From an uncultured Pedosphaera sp. (GTDB lineage: Bacteria > Verrucomicrobiota > Verrucomicrobiia > Limisphaerales > Pedosphaeraceae): a DNA stretch of 64,000 nt. The position numbers were made by a program, and so were the translations under genes. Under the pieces are notes generated by a model. That model was not told the DNA's origin. It did no database searches and worked only from the letters and a program-made list of their open reading frames with translations. Below are positions 9,085 to 19,282 of this stretch, piece by piece (position 1 is the stretch's first letter; every line of letters starts with the position of its first letter). The DNA is taken from the NCBI GenBank assembly GCA_903918755.1, contig CAIXFN010000034.1, positions 156,618-220,617 on the forward strand, given 5' to 3'.

Positions 9085-12000
9085 AGTCCCTGTTGTTCAC
9101 CGGCCTGCTCCTGCTCGCGGTAACGTCGCGGGCCGCCGACCCTATCCCGGCGGACCCGCAGCTCAAGCCCCTCGCGATTGGCAAAATTGACCACCCCGCG
9201 CCGGTTGATTTTGAGCGCGAACTCCTGCCCGTCCTCCGCAAGAACTGTCTGGCTTGTCACAACAAAACCACCAGCAAAGCCGGACTGATCCTGGAGACAC
9301 CCCAGGACATCCGGCAGGGCGGTGACTCAGGCAAAGTCATCGTGCCTGGGCGCGCCGGCGACAGTCTTTTGCTGAAAGTGGCGGCGCACCTGGACAAACC
9401 CATCATGCCGCCCCGGAACAACAAGGTCGAAGCGGGTGACCTCTCGTCCGCAGAATTAGCCCTGTTGCAACTCTGGATCGAACAAGGGGCGACCGGGGAA
9501 GTGCGCGGAGTCGGCGAAATCTCCTGGCAACCGCTGCCTCCCGGCTTGCAACCGATCTACTCGGTCGCGCTGAGCCCCGATGGCCAATTCGCCGCGTGCG
9601 GTCGGGCCAACCAGATTTTCATCTATCATTTACCCACCAAGGAATTGGTAACTCGCTTGACCGATCCGCAACTGGTTGCCTCCAGCGGCGCCGGAAGGCC
9701 CGGGGTGGCACATCGCGATTTGGTCAACGCCCTGGCCTTCAGTCCGGACGGCCAATGGCTGGCTTCCGGTGGTTACCGCGAAATCAAACTCTGGCATCGA
9801 CCCCGCGATGCGAAGAAATTCACCCTCCCCCACCCCACCAGTCGCGCGGTCCTGACCGTGGCCACCAGCCCCGATGAACGCTGGGTCGCCACCGGTGATG
9901 ACCAGGGAGTCATCGAACTCTGGAACCTGGCCACCGGCCAATCATTGCACCACCTGGCCGGTCATCAAGGGGCAATGAGCGCGCTCCAATTCTCGCCGGA
10001 CAACTCCCGTCTGGCTTCCGCGGCCGCGGACCATACGATCCGCATTTGGGATTGCGCTACCGGCCGCCAATTGCTCCAGGTGACGACCACGGCGGATATC
10101 AATGCGATTGCCTGGCTGCCGGGCGATGGCCAGTTCCTGTCTGGTGGCACGGATGCCGTAATCCGGCTGTGGTTCGCCGATGTGATCCGTGGCGACCTGC
10201 GTCCCTTGCGGGAATTTCGCGGGCATGAAGGCGCGGTCACCGCTCTGGCAACGTGGCCGGGCGAACCCGCCCAGTTTATTTCCGCCAGCGGGGATGGCAC
10301 GGCGCGTTTTTGGGATCTCAATGAGGGCAAGGTTTTGCGGCAAATCAAGCCCGGCGGCCCTGTGTTGGCGCTGGCCATTCGCCGCGATGGACAAAGGCTG
10401 GCCACCGCCGGGTTGAACCAGCCGGCCAGATTGTGGGATGCCAAAGAGGGCAAGGAAATCGCGACCTTGACGGGCGACTACGATCTGGAAATTGCCATTC
10501 CGGAAGCCGGGCGCACCGCCACCCTGGCCACCAATGAACTGGCCTTTCGCAAAACCGCCTGGCAGACCGCCACCAATGAGCATCACGTCCAACAAACCCG
10601 CCTGGAAAAAGCCACCAAAGCCTTCGCCGATGCGGAAAAGCCTTTTCAGGAAAAGCAGACCAAGGTGACGGAAGCCAGGACCGCCCGCGAGGCTGCCGAA
10701 AAGGCCCTGGCAGAGTTAAAGGATTTGCAACTGGCCACCACCACCTTGGAAGCCGCCGAAAAGGCCGCTAGTGAAGCCCGCGACCAATTGAAGACGGCCC
10801 AGGAAAAATCGCCGTCGGATCCAAAGATAGTTGCCGATTTGACGACGGCCAGTGAGGAAAAAACCAAACTATTGGCCGCCGCCAAAACCACGCGCGACGC
10901 CTTTCCCTCCGCCACGGTGGACAAATTCAAACAGGCCAACGAAAAACTCAACGCCACCACCAAGACCCTGGCGGATGCCGACGCCGAGTTGAAAAAAGCC
11001 GCCCTCCCCCGTTCCGCGGCGGAGACGGAGCAGCAGTTGGCCACCCAGGCGGTGGCGACTTCGGCGGCGGCTGTGACCAACGCGCAAACCCGCATCGAAC
11101 AGGCGGAATTGACCCGGCAAAGCGCCGCAAACGCCTTGGAAGCCGCGCGGCAGGCGGCAGCCGCAGCTTCCCGGAGCATGATTCGGGCGCTGGCCTTTTC
11201 CCGGGATGGCCGCACTTTGCTAACCGCCGGAGATGACGGCGTGCTCCATGCCGCCAGTGCGGACAACGGCAACGCTTGGGAATCCTACCATGGCCACCAG
11301 GGCGCCATCTTTGCCCTGGCCTTCGCCGGCGCCGACCGGTTGGTCTCCGGTTCCGCTGACCGCAGTGCCGTAGTCTGGGACCTGCGGACAACCTGGAATT
11401 TGGAGCAGACTCTGGGCACCAATGGTCCCATCGCCGACCGGGTCAACACGCTACGTTTCAGTGTGGATGGCCGACGGCTGGCCAGCGGCGGCGGCGAGCC
11501 AACCCGCGGCGGGGAAATCGACCTGTGGCAGGTCAGCGACGGTAAATTACTCCAATCATTCAACCGCGTGCATAGCGATGCGGTCTTCAGCCTCGATTTC
11601 TCCCGGGATGGCCACTTTCTGGCTTCCGGGGCCGCGGACCGTCAGATCAAAATCCTCGATCTGGATTCCGGCCAGGTCGTTCGCACCCTCGAAGGCCACC
11701 TCCACCATGTTCTCGGTGTCAGTTGGCGCGCGGATGGCCATGCCCTGGCCAGCGCGGGAGCGGATAACGTCATCAAAATCTGGGACCCCGTGACCGGAGA
11801 GCGGAAAAAGAATATCGAAAGTTTTGGCAAGGAAGTCACCGGCATCAACTACGTCGGGATCACTGATCAGGCCGTCGCCTCCTCCGGGGACCACGGGGTG
11901 GCGTTGTTCAAAGAAAACGGCGACCGGGTTCGGTCCTACAGCGGCGGTACGGACTTCATGAATGCCGTCGCGACGACCGCGGATGGCAAAATCGTGATTG

Positions 12001-12086
12001 CCGCGGGACAGGATGGCGTGCTGCGGGTCTGGAATGGCCTGACCGGTGATGGGATGGCCACATTCGAACCACCCAAGCTCAACTGA
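9081..12086 (+). CDS. PSCyt1 (planctomycete cytochrome c-like, CLACH motif) + WD40 beta-propeller protein with a central coiled coil
   Basis: ATG overlaps the upstream stop (ATGA). N-terminal block ELLPVLRKNCLACHNKTTSKAGL...PIMPPRNN is the PSCyt1 domain. Multiple WD40 units (GYREIKLWH, HTIRIWD, DRQIKILD, DNVIKIWD). A ~220-aa Ala/Glu/Lys coiled-coil insert resembles the tail of the upstream gene. Confidence 0.8.
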   Translation: MKSLLFTGLLLLAVTSRAADPIPADPQLKPLAIGKIDHPAPVDFERELLPVLRKNCLACHNKTTSKAGLILETPQDIRQGGDSGKVIVPGRAGDSLLLKVAAHLDKPIMPPRNNKVEAGDLSSAELALLQLWIEQGATGEVRGVGEISWQPLPPGLQPIYSVALSPDGQFAACGRANQIFIYHLPTKELVTRLTDPQLVASSGAGRPGVAHRDLVNALAFSPDGQWLASGGYREIKLWHRPRDAKKFTLPHPTSRAVLTVATSPDERWVATGDDQGVIELWNLATGQSLHHLAGHQGAMSALQFSPDNSRLASAAADHTIRIWDCATGRQLLQVTTTADINAIAWLPGDGQFLSGGTDAVIRLWFADVIRGDLRPLREFRGHEGAVTALATWPGEPAQFISASGDGTARFWDLNEGKVLRQIKPGGPVLALAIRRDGQRLATAGLNQPARLWDAKEGKEIATLTGDYDLEIAIPEAGRTATLATNELAFRKTAWQTATNEHHVQQTRLEKATKAFADAEKPFQEKQTKVTEARTAREAAEKALAELKDLQLATTTLEAAEKAASEARDQLKTAQEKSPSDPKIVADLTTASEEKTKLLAAAKTTRDAFPSATVDKFKQANEKLNATTKTLADADAELKKAALPRSAAETEQQLATQAVATSAAAVTNAQTRIEQAELTRQSAANALEAARQAAAAASRSMIRALAFSRDGRTLLTAGDDGVLHAASADNGNAWESYHGHQGAIFALAFAGADRLVSGSADRSAVVWDLRTTWNLEQTLGTNGPIADRVNTLRFSVDGRRLASGGGEPTRGGEIDLWQVSDGKLLQSFNRVHSDAVFSLDFSRDGHFLASGAADRQIKILDLDSGQVVRTLEGHLHHVLGVSWRADGHALASAGADNVIKIWDPVTGERKKNIESFGKEVTGINYVGITDQAVASSGDHGVALFKENGDRVRSYSGGTDFMNAVATTADGKIVIAAGQDGVLRVWNGLTGDGMATFEPPKLN

Positions 12087-12152
12087 GGCCGAAAGCCTGA
12101 CCGGAAACCGCGGGGAAGGAGAACCATCGTCCCCCTTACCAGCCGCCCCAGA

Positions 12153-12842
12153 TCAGCGTTCCTCGCTGCCGAGGAACTTGTAAACCAAGGCTCCCAACAC
12201 GGCACCGATGATCGGGGCCACCCAGAACAGCCAGAGTTGGGCAATCGCCCAGTCACCGACAAACAGCGCCACGCCCGTGCTGCGGGCGGGATTCACCGAG
12301 GTATTGGTCACCGGAATGCTGATCAGATGAATCAAGGTCAATCCCAGGCCGATGGCCAGCGGAGCAAAACCGTTTGGCGCGCGCCGGTCGGTGGCACCAA
12401 GGATGATCAGGAGAAACATCATCGTCATCACGACTTCCGTGACAAAGGCGGACTCCAGCGAATAGCCCCCGGGTGAATGCGCCCCGAAGCCGTTGGAGGC
12501 GAATCCCGCGGTGACGGAAAAACCCGGCTTGCCGCTGGCGATGATGTCCAGCACCCCGGCGCCGGCGACCGCACCGAGGACCTGCGCAATAATATACGGA
12601 ACGAGCTGCGCGGCGGGAAAACGGCCACCCACCCATAACCCCACCGAGACGGCGGGATTGAGATGGCAACCCGAAATGTGACCAATGGCAAACGCCATGG
12701 TCAGCACCGTGAGGCCGAAGGCGAATGACACGCCCAGCAAACCAATGCCCACATTCGGAAAGGCCGCAGCCAGCACCGCGCTGCCACAACCGCCGAGCAC
12801 CAGCCAAAATGTTCCGAAGAATTCCGCACCGTATTTTTTCAT
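12153..12842 (-). CDS. aqpZ: Aquaporin Z
   Basis: 229 aa with six-TM MIP-family architecture and both NPA boxes ([10 protein letters not shown] and NTSVNPARS). Near full-length similarity to bacterial AqpZ by recall. Confidence 0.9.
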   Translation of the reverse strand: MKKYGAEFFGTFWLVLGGCGSAVLAAAFPNVGIGLLGVSFAFGLTVLTMAFAIGHISGCHLNPAVSVGLWVGGRFPAAQLVPYIIAQVLGAVAGAGVLDIIASGKPGFSVTAGFASNGFGAHSPGGYSLESAFVTEVVMTMMFLLIILGATDRRAPNGFAPLAIGLGLTLIHLISIPVTNTSVNPARSTGVALFVGDWAIAQLWLFWVAPIIGAVLGALVYKFLGSEER

Positions 12843-13019
12843 TCTGTTTGCCCTTTCATATTATCCGCCAGAACAATCTGGCGGGCGTCACTGGGGCAAT
12901 GAACGCCCCAGCCACCGAGCCACCGGGTGCTCAATCCCGATCAAAGACGGATCAGGCACACCTTTTGGCGGGGCTGTTTGTATACGGTCAAGCTGCTGCT
13001 GGCAATTCGATTTGCTAAA

Positions 13020-16000
13020 TCACCTTGGGGTCGGATTTTGGGACTTTACCAACTGGGGCGGTAGAGCCGACCAACCGCCACCGAGAGCTTTGATGAGTTG
13101 CACGGTGGCCAGCCGTCGCTGGCCGGATATCCGCGCAGCTTCGCGCTGGGTACCCAGGGCCGCCCGCTCGGCGTCCACAACTTCCAGGTAGCTGGCCGCC
13201 CCGCCATCATAGCGCACCCGCGCCAGCACGGCGCTCCGCCGGGCCGCGGCGAGGGCGCGCGCCACCGCCTCCGCCTGGGCGGAGAGGATGCCCAAGCCAG
13301 TTAGTTCGTCCTGCACCTCCGCGAAGGCTACCAGAACTTGCTGGCGATAGGTGGCGACGGCCTCCTCCCGGGCTGCCCGGGCCCGGGCCACCCCCGCCTT
13401 GTTGCGACCGCCGGCAAACAGGGGCAGCGAGAGGCTGGGCCCCAGCGACCACACCCGGCTGTCCCAGTTGAACAAGGATTCGACATCAGCACTCAGAAAG
13501 CCACCGCTGCCCGTGAGCCGCAGCACGGGAAAATAGGCGGCCTTGGCCACGCCGATCCGCGCGTTGGCGGCCGCGAGTTGCCGCTCGGCGAGGGCAATGT
13601 CCGGCCGGCGTTCCAACAATTCGGCCGGCAGGAAGGCGGGAATGACCGGCGGTTCGTTGGTGTAATGCCCGCCGTCTAGGAAGGAAAAATCCGGCGCGGC
13701 GGCACCGACGAGAACCGCCAACGCGGTCTGCAAAGTGGAGCGGTTCCGGTCGAGCGCCAGCAGATCGGATTCCGCACTCGCGAGTTCGGTGTTGGCGCGA
13801 GCCAGGTCCAATTCCGGCACGCTGCCGGCCTCAAACCGGGTCTGCACCAGATCCCGGGCCTGTCGACGCAGACTGGTCGTTTCCCGGAGAATGCCGCGTT
13901 GGTTGTCGAGACTCCGCAAGGTGAAATAGGTGTGGGCCACCTCGGATTGCAGGCTGAGCCGCACATTGACAAAGTCCGCTTCCCGCGCCTGCGCATCGGC
14001 GCGGGCGCCTTCAAATCCCCGCCGGATGCGCCCCCACAGGTCCACCTCGTAACTCAAATCCAGCGGCACGCTGAGCGTGTTGGCGGTGAGAGCGCCGAAG
14101 GCGGGCTGTTGGTTCGGCGAGTAGCGCTGCCGGATGGCGGACGGCTCAAAACCAAGACTGGGAAAAAACTCGCTCCGCGCCTCGCGCGCCACCGCCCGGG
14201 CCTGGTTCACCCGGGCGAAAGCGGCCTGCAAAGACTGATTATTCGTCGTAGCCATCTCCACCAATCGGGTCAACGCGGGATCCTGGAACAATTCCCACCA
14301 CGGTCCCTTGGCCAGAGCATCAGCGGGCGCGGCGGCTTTCCAAAGTGCATTGGTCGCGTCCTGGAATCGGGCGGGAACGGCGTTGGTAGGCCGGACGTAA
14401 TCCGGTCCCACGGTCAGCACCCCGGCGGTGACGGACGACGGAGACCAGGCCTGGCTCACCACCAGCAAGAACAGGACGGTGGCGGCCGCAGCCGGCATGA
14501 GCGGCTTCGCGGGATGCCCTGGATCGATCGTGATGACCGGATGGCGTTTCCGTGACATGACCAGTTGGTAAAAGACGGGGGTCAGGAAGAGGCCGAAGAA
14601 CGTGACCCCGATCATTCCGGCGAAGACCGCCACCCCCATGGCCTGGCGCATCTCGGCGCCCGCCCCGTGACTGACCACCAACGGAAACACGCCGGCGATA
14701 AAGGCAATACTGGTCATGAGGATCGGGCGCAACCGCAGTCGCGCCGCTTCGATCGCGGCGGCGACGGGGTCCAAACCCTCGTCCTGCTTCACCTTGGCGA
14801 ATTCCACGATCAGAATCGCGTTCTTGGCGGCCAGCCCCATGAGCACGATCAGGCCGATCTGTGTAAACACGTTGTTCTCCCCGCCTTTCAGCATCACTCC
14901 CACCAACGCGCTCAGGAGGGTGAGCGGAATGATCAGGATGATGGCAATCGGCATCCGGAAACTTTCATACTGGGCCGCGAGCACCAGGAAGACGAGCAGC
15001 AGACACAGCGGAAACACATAGATGGCGGTGTTGCCGGCGATGAGTTGCTGATACGTGAGTTCGGTCCACTCGGAGCCCATACCCTTGGGCAGGGTTTCCG
15101 CGGCCAGGCGGGTCATCAATGCCTCGGCCTGGCCGGAACTGAATCCGGGAGCCGGGCTGCCATTGATTTCAGCGCTGAGATAGCCGTTGTAGTGCATGGC
15201 CCGATCCGGACCGTAGGTTTCCTTCACCTGCATTACCGAGCCAAGCGCGACCATCTCGCCCTTTTCCGTCCGCGTCTTGAGCCGGGCGATGTCTTCGGGT
15301 TGCCGGCGGAATTTCTCATCCGCCTGGGCAATGACCTGGTAGGTGCGGCCAAACCGGTTGAAATCATTCACATACAACGACCCGAGATAAACTTGCATCG
15401 TCTCGAACAACGAATTGAGGGGGATCCCCTGGCTGAGCGCCTTGGGCCGGTCCACATCGGCTTCGAGTTGCGGCACGTTTACCTGGTAGCTGGAGAACAA
15501 TCCGGCCAGGCCCGGCGTTTGATTCGCTTTGCCGATCAATTGCCAGGTGGCGTTGTAGAGCGCCTCATAACCCAGATCGGCGCGGTCCTCCACCTGCAAA
15601 CGGAACCCGCCAATCGTGCCCAAACCCTGCACGGGCGGCGGCGGGAAAATGGCGATATAGGCCTCCTTGAGTTGCGCGAATTCCGCATTCAATTGTCCCG
15701 CAATCGCGAAGCCGGAAAGTTCCGGCGATTTGCGATCCTCGAATGGTTTCAAAGTCACGAACACAATGCCTGAGTTCGGGCTCACGGTGAATCCGTTGAT
15801 GCTCAAGCCCGGAAACGCCACCGAGGATTGCACGCCGGGATGTTTCAAGGCGATTTCGGACATCTTCCGGATAACGGCATCCGTGCGGTCGATGGACGCG
15901 GCGTCAGGCAATTGCGCAAAGGCCACCAGGTATTGCTTGTCCTGGGTCGGCACGAAGCCCGTGGGCACATGCTTGAAGCCCCACCCCGTCAGCACCAGCA

Positions 16001-17666
16001 GGCCGAGGTAAACTACCACGGCAATCCCGGTGCGGCGGATGACCGCCTGAACGCCCCGCGCATAGCGCCCGGCCGACCAGGCGAAGAAGCGGTTGAAGGG
16101 TCGGAAAATCCAGCCGAAGGCGGCATCCATGATGCGCGTGAGTCGGTCTTTGGGTTGATTGTGGCCCCGCAGCAGGAGGGCGCTCAACGCAGGCGAGAGG
16201 GTCAGGGAATTGAACGCGCTGATCACGGTGGAAATCGCGATCGTGATGGCGAATTGCTTGTAGAACTGGCCGGTCAACCCGCTGATGAAGGCCGTGGGAA
16301 TGAACACGGCGGCGAGCACCAGCGCGGTGGCGATAATGGGCCCGGTCACCTCGCTCATCGCGCGCCGCGTGGCGTCGAAAGGTGAGAGGCCGTTGGCGAT
16401 ATTGCGCTCCACGTTTTCGACCACCACGATCGCGTCATCCACCACAATGCCGATCGCCAGGACAAGGCCGAACAGGGAGAGCGCATTGATGCCGAAACCC
16501 AGGAAATGCATCAGCGCAAAAGTGCCCACCAGGGAAACGGGCACCGCCGCCAGCGGGATGATGGAAGCGCGCCAGGTTTGCAGGAAGAGGATCACCACGA
16601 TTACCACCAGCACGATCGCTTCCAGGAGGGTGTGCACCACCGCCTCAATCGAATCGCGCACAAAGACGGTCGGATCGTAAACAATGTCATAGCTGAGGCC
16701 GTCCGGAAAGTTGGCGCTCATTTCCTTCATCGCGCGGCGGACGTTGTCGGAGAGCTGGATCGCGTTGCCGCCCGGCAGTTGGAAAATGGGCAGGGCCACC
16801 GCGGTCTGGTTATTCAGCAACGAGCGCAAGGCGTATTCCGCGGCTCCCAGTTCCACCCGGGCCACATCCCGCAGAAAGACCTTTTCGCCCCGCGGGCTGG
16901 TCTTCACGATGATGCGGGAGAACTCCTCCTCGGTAATCATGCGGCCCTTGGCGTTGATCTGGACCTCAAATGCCGCCGGGCTGGACAACGGCTGCTGGCC
17001 GATGGCACCAGCCGCCACCTGAACATTCTGCTGCCGGATGGCGTTGACAATATCACCGGCGGTCAGGCCGCGCGCAGCGGCCTTGCCGGGATCAATCCAC
17101 ACCCGCATCGCGTAGTCCCCCGCTCCGAAGATCTGTACCGTCCCCACCCCAGGCAGACGCGCGAGCACATCCTTGACTTGCAGGGTCGCGTAATTGCGGA
17201 TGTAAACATCGTCATAACGGCCGCCCGGCGAAAATAGATGCACCACCATCGTCAGATCCGCCGAGGCCTTCACTGTGGTGACCCCCAACCGGCGGACTTC
17301 CTCCGGCAATTTGGGCAGGGCCTGGGAAACCCGGTTCTGCACCTGGACCTGGGCCTTGTCAATGTCCGTCCCCAGTTTGAACGTGACGGTCAGCGTCATC
17401 GCGCCATCACTCGTGGCCTGGGAAAACATGTAGAGGGAATTCTCGACACCGTTGATGGCCTGCTCGAGCGGGGACGAGACGGTTTCGGCGATGACCTTGG
17501 GATTGGCCCCGGGGTAGGCGGCGCGGACCACGACCGTGGGCGGGACCACCTCTGGATACTCGCTGATGGGCAGCCGGAACATGCAGATGAGGCCCACGAG
17601 GAAAATGATGGTGGACAACACCCCGGCAAAGATCGGGCGTTTGATGAAAAAAGTGGAAAAGTTCAT
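13020..17666 (-). CDS. RND multidrug efflux permease (AcrB/HAE1-like, ~1050 aa) read continuously in frame into an outer-membrane factor (NodT/TolC/OprM-like, 492 aa)
   Basis: Single 1548-aa ORF. Residues 1 to ~1040 are a classic RND permease (MNFSTFFIKRPIFAGVLSTIIFLVGL...). After a linker (...MSRKRHPVITIDPGHPAKPL) an internal ATG at 14498..14496 begins MPAAAATVLFLLVVSQAWSPSS...GPDYVRP, an OMF with its signal peptide and the conserved GPDY motif. No stop codon separates the two parts in any nearby frame that I could read. Confidence 0.75.
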   Translation of the reverse strand: MNFSTFFIKRPIFAGVLSTIIFLVGLICMFRLPISEYPEVVPPTVVVRAAYPGANPKVIAETVSSPLEQAINGVENSLYMFSQATSDGAMTLTVTFKLGTDIDKAQVQVQNRVSQALPKLPEEVRRLGVTTVKASADLTMVVHLFSPGGRYDDVYIRNYATLQVKDVLARLPGVGTVQIFGAGDYAMRVWIDPGKAAARGLTAGDIVNAIRQQNVQVAAGAIGQQPLSSPAAFEVQINAKGRMITEEEFSRIIVKTSPRGEKVFLRDVARVELGAAEYALRSLLNNQTAVALPIFQLPGGNAIQLSDNVRRAMKEMSANFPDGLSYDIVYDPTVFVRDSIEAVVHTLLEAIVLVVIVVILFLQTWRASIIPLAAVPVSLVGTFALMHFLGFGINALSLFGLVLAIGIVVDDAIVVVENVERNIANGLSPFDATRRAMSEVTGPIIATALVLAAVFIPTAFISGLTGQFYKQFAITIAISTVISAFNSLTLSPALSALLLRGHNQPKDRLTRIMDAAFGWIFRPFNRFFAWSAGRYARGVQAVIRRTGIAVVVYLGLLVLTGWGFKHVPTGFVPTQDKQYLVAFAQLPDAASIDRTDAVIRKMSEIALKHPGVQSSVAFPGLSINGFTVSPNSGIVFVTLKPFEDRKSPELSGFAIAGQLNAEFAQLKEAYIAIFPPPPVQGLGTIGGFRLQVEDRADLGYEALYNATWQLIGKANQTPGLAGLFSSYQVNVPQLEADVDRPKALSQGIPLNSLFETMQVYLGSLYVNDFNRFGRTYQVIAQADEKFRRQPEDIARLKTRTEKGEMVALGSVMQVKETYGPDRAMHYNGYLSAEINGSPAPGFSSGQAEALMTRLAAETLPKGMGSEWTELTYQQLIAGNTAIYVFPLCLLLVFLVLAAQYESFRMPIAIILIIPLTLLSALVGVMLKGGENNVFTQIGLIVLMGLAAKNAILIVEFAKVKQDEGLDPVAAAIEAARLRLRPILMTSIAFIAGVFPLVVSHGAGAEMRQAMGVAVFAGMIGVTFFGLFLTPVFYQLVMSRKRHPVITIDPGHPAKPLMPAAAATVLFLLVVSQAWSPSSVTAGVLTVGPDYVRPTNAVPARFQDATNALWKAAAPADALAKGPWWELFQDPALTRLVEMATTNNQSLQAAFARVNQARAVAREARSEFFPSLGFEPSAIRQRYSPNQQPAFGALTANTLSVPLDLSYEVDLWGRIRRGFEGARADAQAREADFVNVRLSLQSEVAHTYFTLRSLDNQRGILRETTSLRRQARDLVQTRFEAGSVPELDLARANTELASAESDLLALDRNRSTLQTALAVLVGAAAPDFSFLDGGHYTNEPPVIPAFLPAELLERRPDIALAERQLAAANARIGVAKAAYFPVLRLTGSGGFLSADVESLFNWDSRVWSLGPSLSLPLFAGGRNKAGVARARAAREEAVATYRQQVLVAFAEVQDELTGLGILSAQAEAVARALAAARRSAVLARVRYDGGAASYLEVVDAERAALGTQREAARISGQRRLATVQLIKALGGGWSALPPQLVKSQNPTPR

Positions 17667-17704
17667 GGCGGATAAGCCTTTGGATAAACTGCGGGGACGA
17701 GCGC

Positions 17705-18946
17705 TCAGCGCGCGGCGACGTGGGTCCCGGCGGGCGCTGTCGGCGTCTCGGTTTCCGGGGACACCAGGGCGCCCGGGCGGACCCGTTGCAGCCCGTTGAC
17801 TACGATCTTATCGCCGGCTTGCAGTCCGTCGCGGACGATGCGCCGGCCGTCCAGCATCGAGCCGAGTTTCACGGCCCGGTACGCGACCGTATTCGACGCC
17901 GTGAGGGAAAGGACGAACTTCTGGCTTTGGTCGGTGCCAATCGCCCGCTCGTCCACCAGCAGCACCGCGTGCCGTGCACTCACTGGCACGCGCACCCGGG
18001 CGTACAATCCAGGCACCAGTTTCTGATCCTGGTTGTCGAGTTCCGCCCGGAGCAGAATACTCCCCATGGCATTGTTCAGGCGGTTATCAAAGGATTCGAT
18101 AAATCCGGCATGGGGAAACCCGGCCTCGTCCGCCAGGCCAACTTCCACCCCCACCTGCCCCGCCGCGTTGGTGGACTGACCGCCCGCGCGTTTGAGTTCC
18201 TGCAAGCGCAGGAAGGTGGCTTCATCAATATCCGCGTACAAATGGACGGGGTTTTCGGAGACCACGGTGGTCAGCAGCGTCGCCGCGCCATCCACGCCGC
18301 TGACGTTGTTGCCCGCGGTTACGTAGGCGCGACTGACGATGCCATCGATAGGCGAACGGATCTGCGCCCATTCCACATTGAGCCGGGCCGTGGCCACCGC
18401 AGCTTCGGCGATGGAAACCGCGGCCCGCGCCTCGGCTTCCCGACTCCGGCGCTGGTCCGCCTCTTCCCGGGAGATGGCGCTCTTTTCCAGCAACGAGGCG
18501 GCGCGGCGACCTTCCGTGCCCGCCAACTCGAGGCGCAGTTTGGCCTGCTCCAATTCTCCGGTGGCGCGCTGCAAGGCCGCCTCGAACGAGCGGGCGTCGA
18601 TGGTCATCAGCAGGTCACCTTTCTTGACCCGCTGGCCGGAAGCGAATTGGACCGCCGTGATATAGCCCGAAACCCGTGGCCGGATCTCCACGGTTTCCTT
18701 GGGTTCGATGCGCCCGGTGAATTCCTGATATTCCACCAGTTCGCGCTGTTCCACCGGGGCGACCACCACCCCGGGGGCGGCAGGCGGCGGTTGCGGCCCA
18801 GCGGCTTTGGAGGGGTGCTGCACGATGACGGCGGCCACGGCGGCGACAGCCAAAAGGGCGCCGACGGAAAGGATTCGGATGGGGCGGTTCATAAGCGAGG
18901 GGATGAGTTTTGGGCGGTTGGGCAGTTGGCGGAAATGAGGGGGCAT
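17705..18946 (-). CDS. RND efflux periplasmic adaptor (membrane fusion protein, HlyD family)
   Basis: 413 aa with N-terminal TM segment, coiled-coil hairpin and beta-barrel blocks typical of MFPs (RIEPKETVEIRPRVSGYI..., GDLLMTIDARSFEAAL). Lies immediately upstream of the RND gene. Confidence 0.85.
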   Translation of the reverse strand: MPPHFRQLPNRPKLIPSLMNRPIRILSVGALLAVAAVAAVIVQHPSKAAGPQPPPAAPGVVVAPVEQRELVEYQEFTGRIEPKETVEIRPRVSGYITAVQFASGQRVKKGDLLMTIDARSFEAALQRATGELEQAKLRLELAGTEGRRAASLLEKSAISREEADQRRSREAEARAAVSIAEAAVATARLNVEWAQIRSPIDGIVSRAYVTAGNNVSGVDGAATLLTTVVSENPVHLYADIDEATFLRLQELKRAGGQSTNAAGQVGVEVGLADEAGFPHAGFIESFDNRLNNAMGSILLRAELDNQDQKLVPGLYARVRVPVSARHAVLLVDERAIGTDQSQKFVLSLTASNTVAYRAVKLGSMLDGRRIVRDGLQAGDKIVVNGLQRVRPGALVSPETETPTAPAGTHVAAR

Positions 18947-19206
18947 CAGGCGGCGATTTCGAAAGCCGCCGGAGCGGGGGCAAAGCTGGACCGCGCGACG
19001 CGGGCCAGGTGGGAAAACTGCCAGGCCAATTCGGCCGCCAGCACCGGGAGAAGCAACCCGGGATAGGGCGTTTCGGCGGCCAGGCTTTCCGCCTGCTCCA
19101 AGGCGACGGGCAGGACGATCGGATTCAGTTGGGAGTCGGCCCCCAAATTTGCCAAGACAGCGCGGCGGAGTTCGGGGCGGATGGGCAACAATGGCACGGT
19201 GTTCAT
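18946..19206 (-). CDS. Small hypothetical protein (86 aa) between the TetR and MFP genes
   Basis: ORF whose stop overlaps the MFP start. No recognisable domain. Real coding status is uncertain. Confidence 0.3.
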   Translation of the reverse strand: MNTVPLLPIRPELRRAVLANLGADSQLNPIVLPVALEQAESLAAETPYPGLLLPVLAAELAWQFSHLARVARSSFAPAPAAFEIAA

Positions 19207-19282
19207 AGGATTCAGTGTTTCGAGTTCAGTTCAATCTCCAGCCCGGAGTGGACTGGTCGGTTTAGTAATCAGGCAAAAAAAA

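Noticed and set aside
9942-11272. Minus-strand ORFs (217, 208 aa) inside the WD40 gene
   Set aside because: Antisense of the coiled-coil and WD40 region. Alanine/serine-rich low-complexity translation mirrors the sense coiled coil.
13899-17675. Several long plus-strand ORFs (218-402 aa) opposite the RND-OMF ORF
   Set aside because: All are shadows of the 1548-aa efflux ORF, with highly charged Arg/Gly/His/Asp composition and no domains.
17720-19066. 448-aa plus-strand ORF
   Set aside because: Antisense to the MFP gene.
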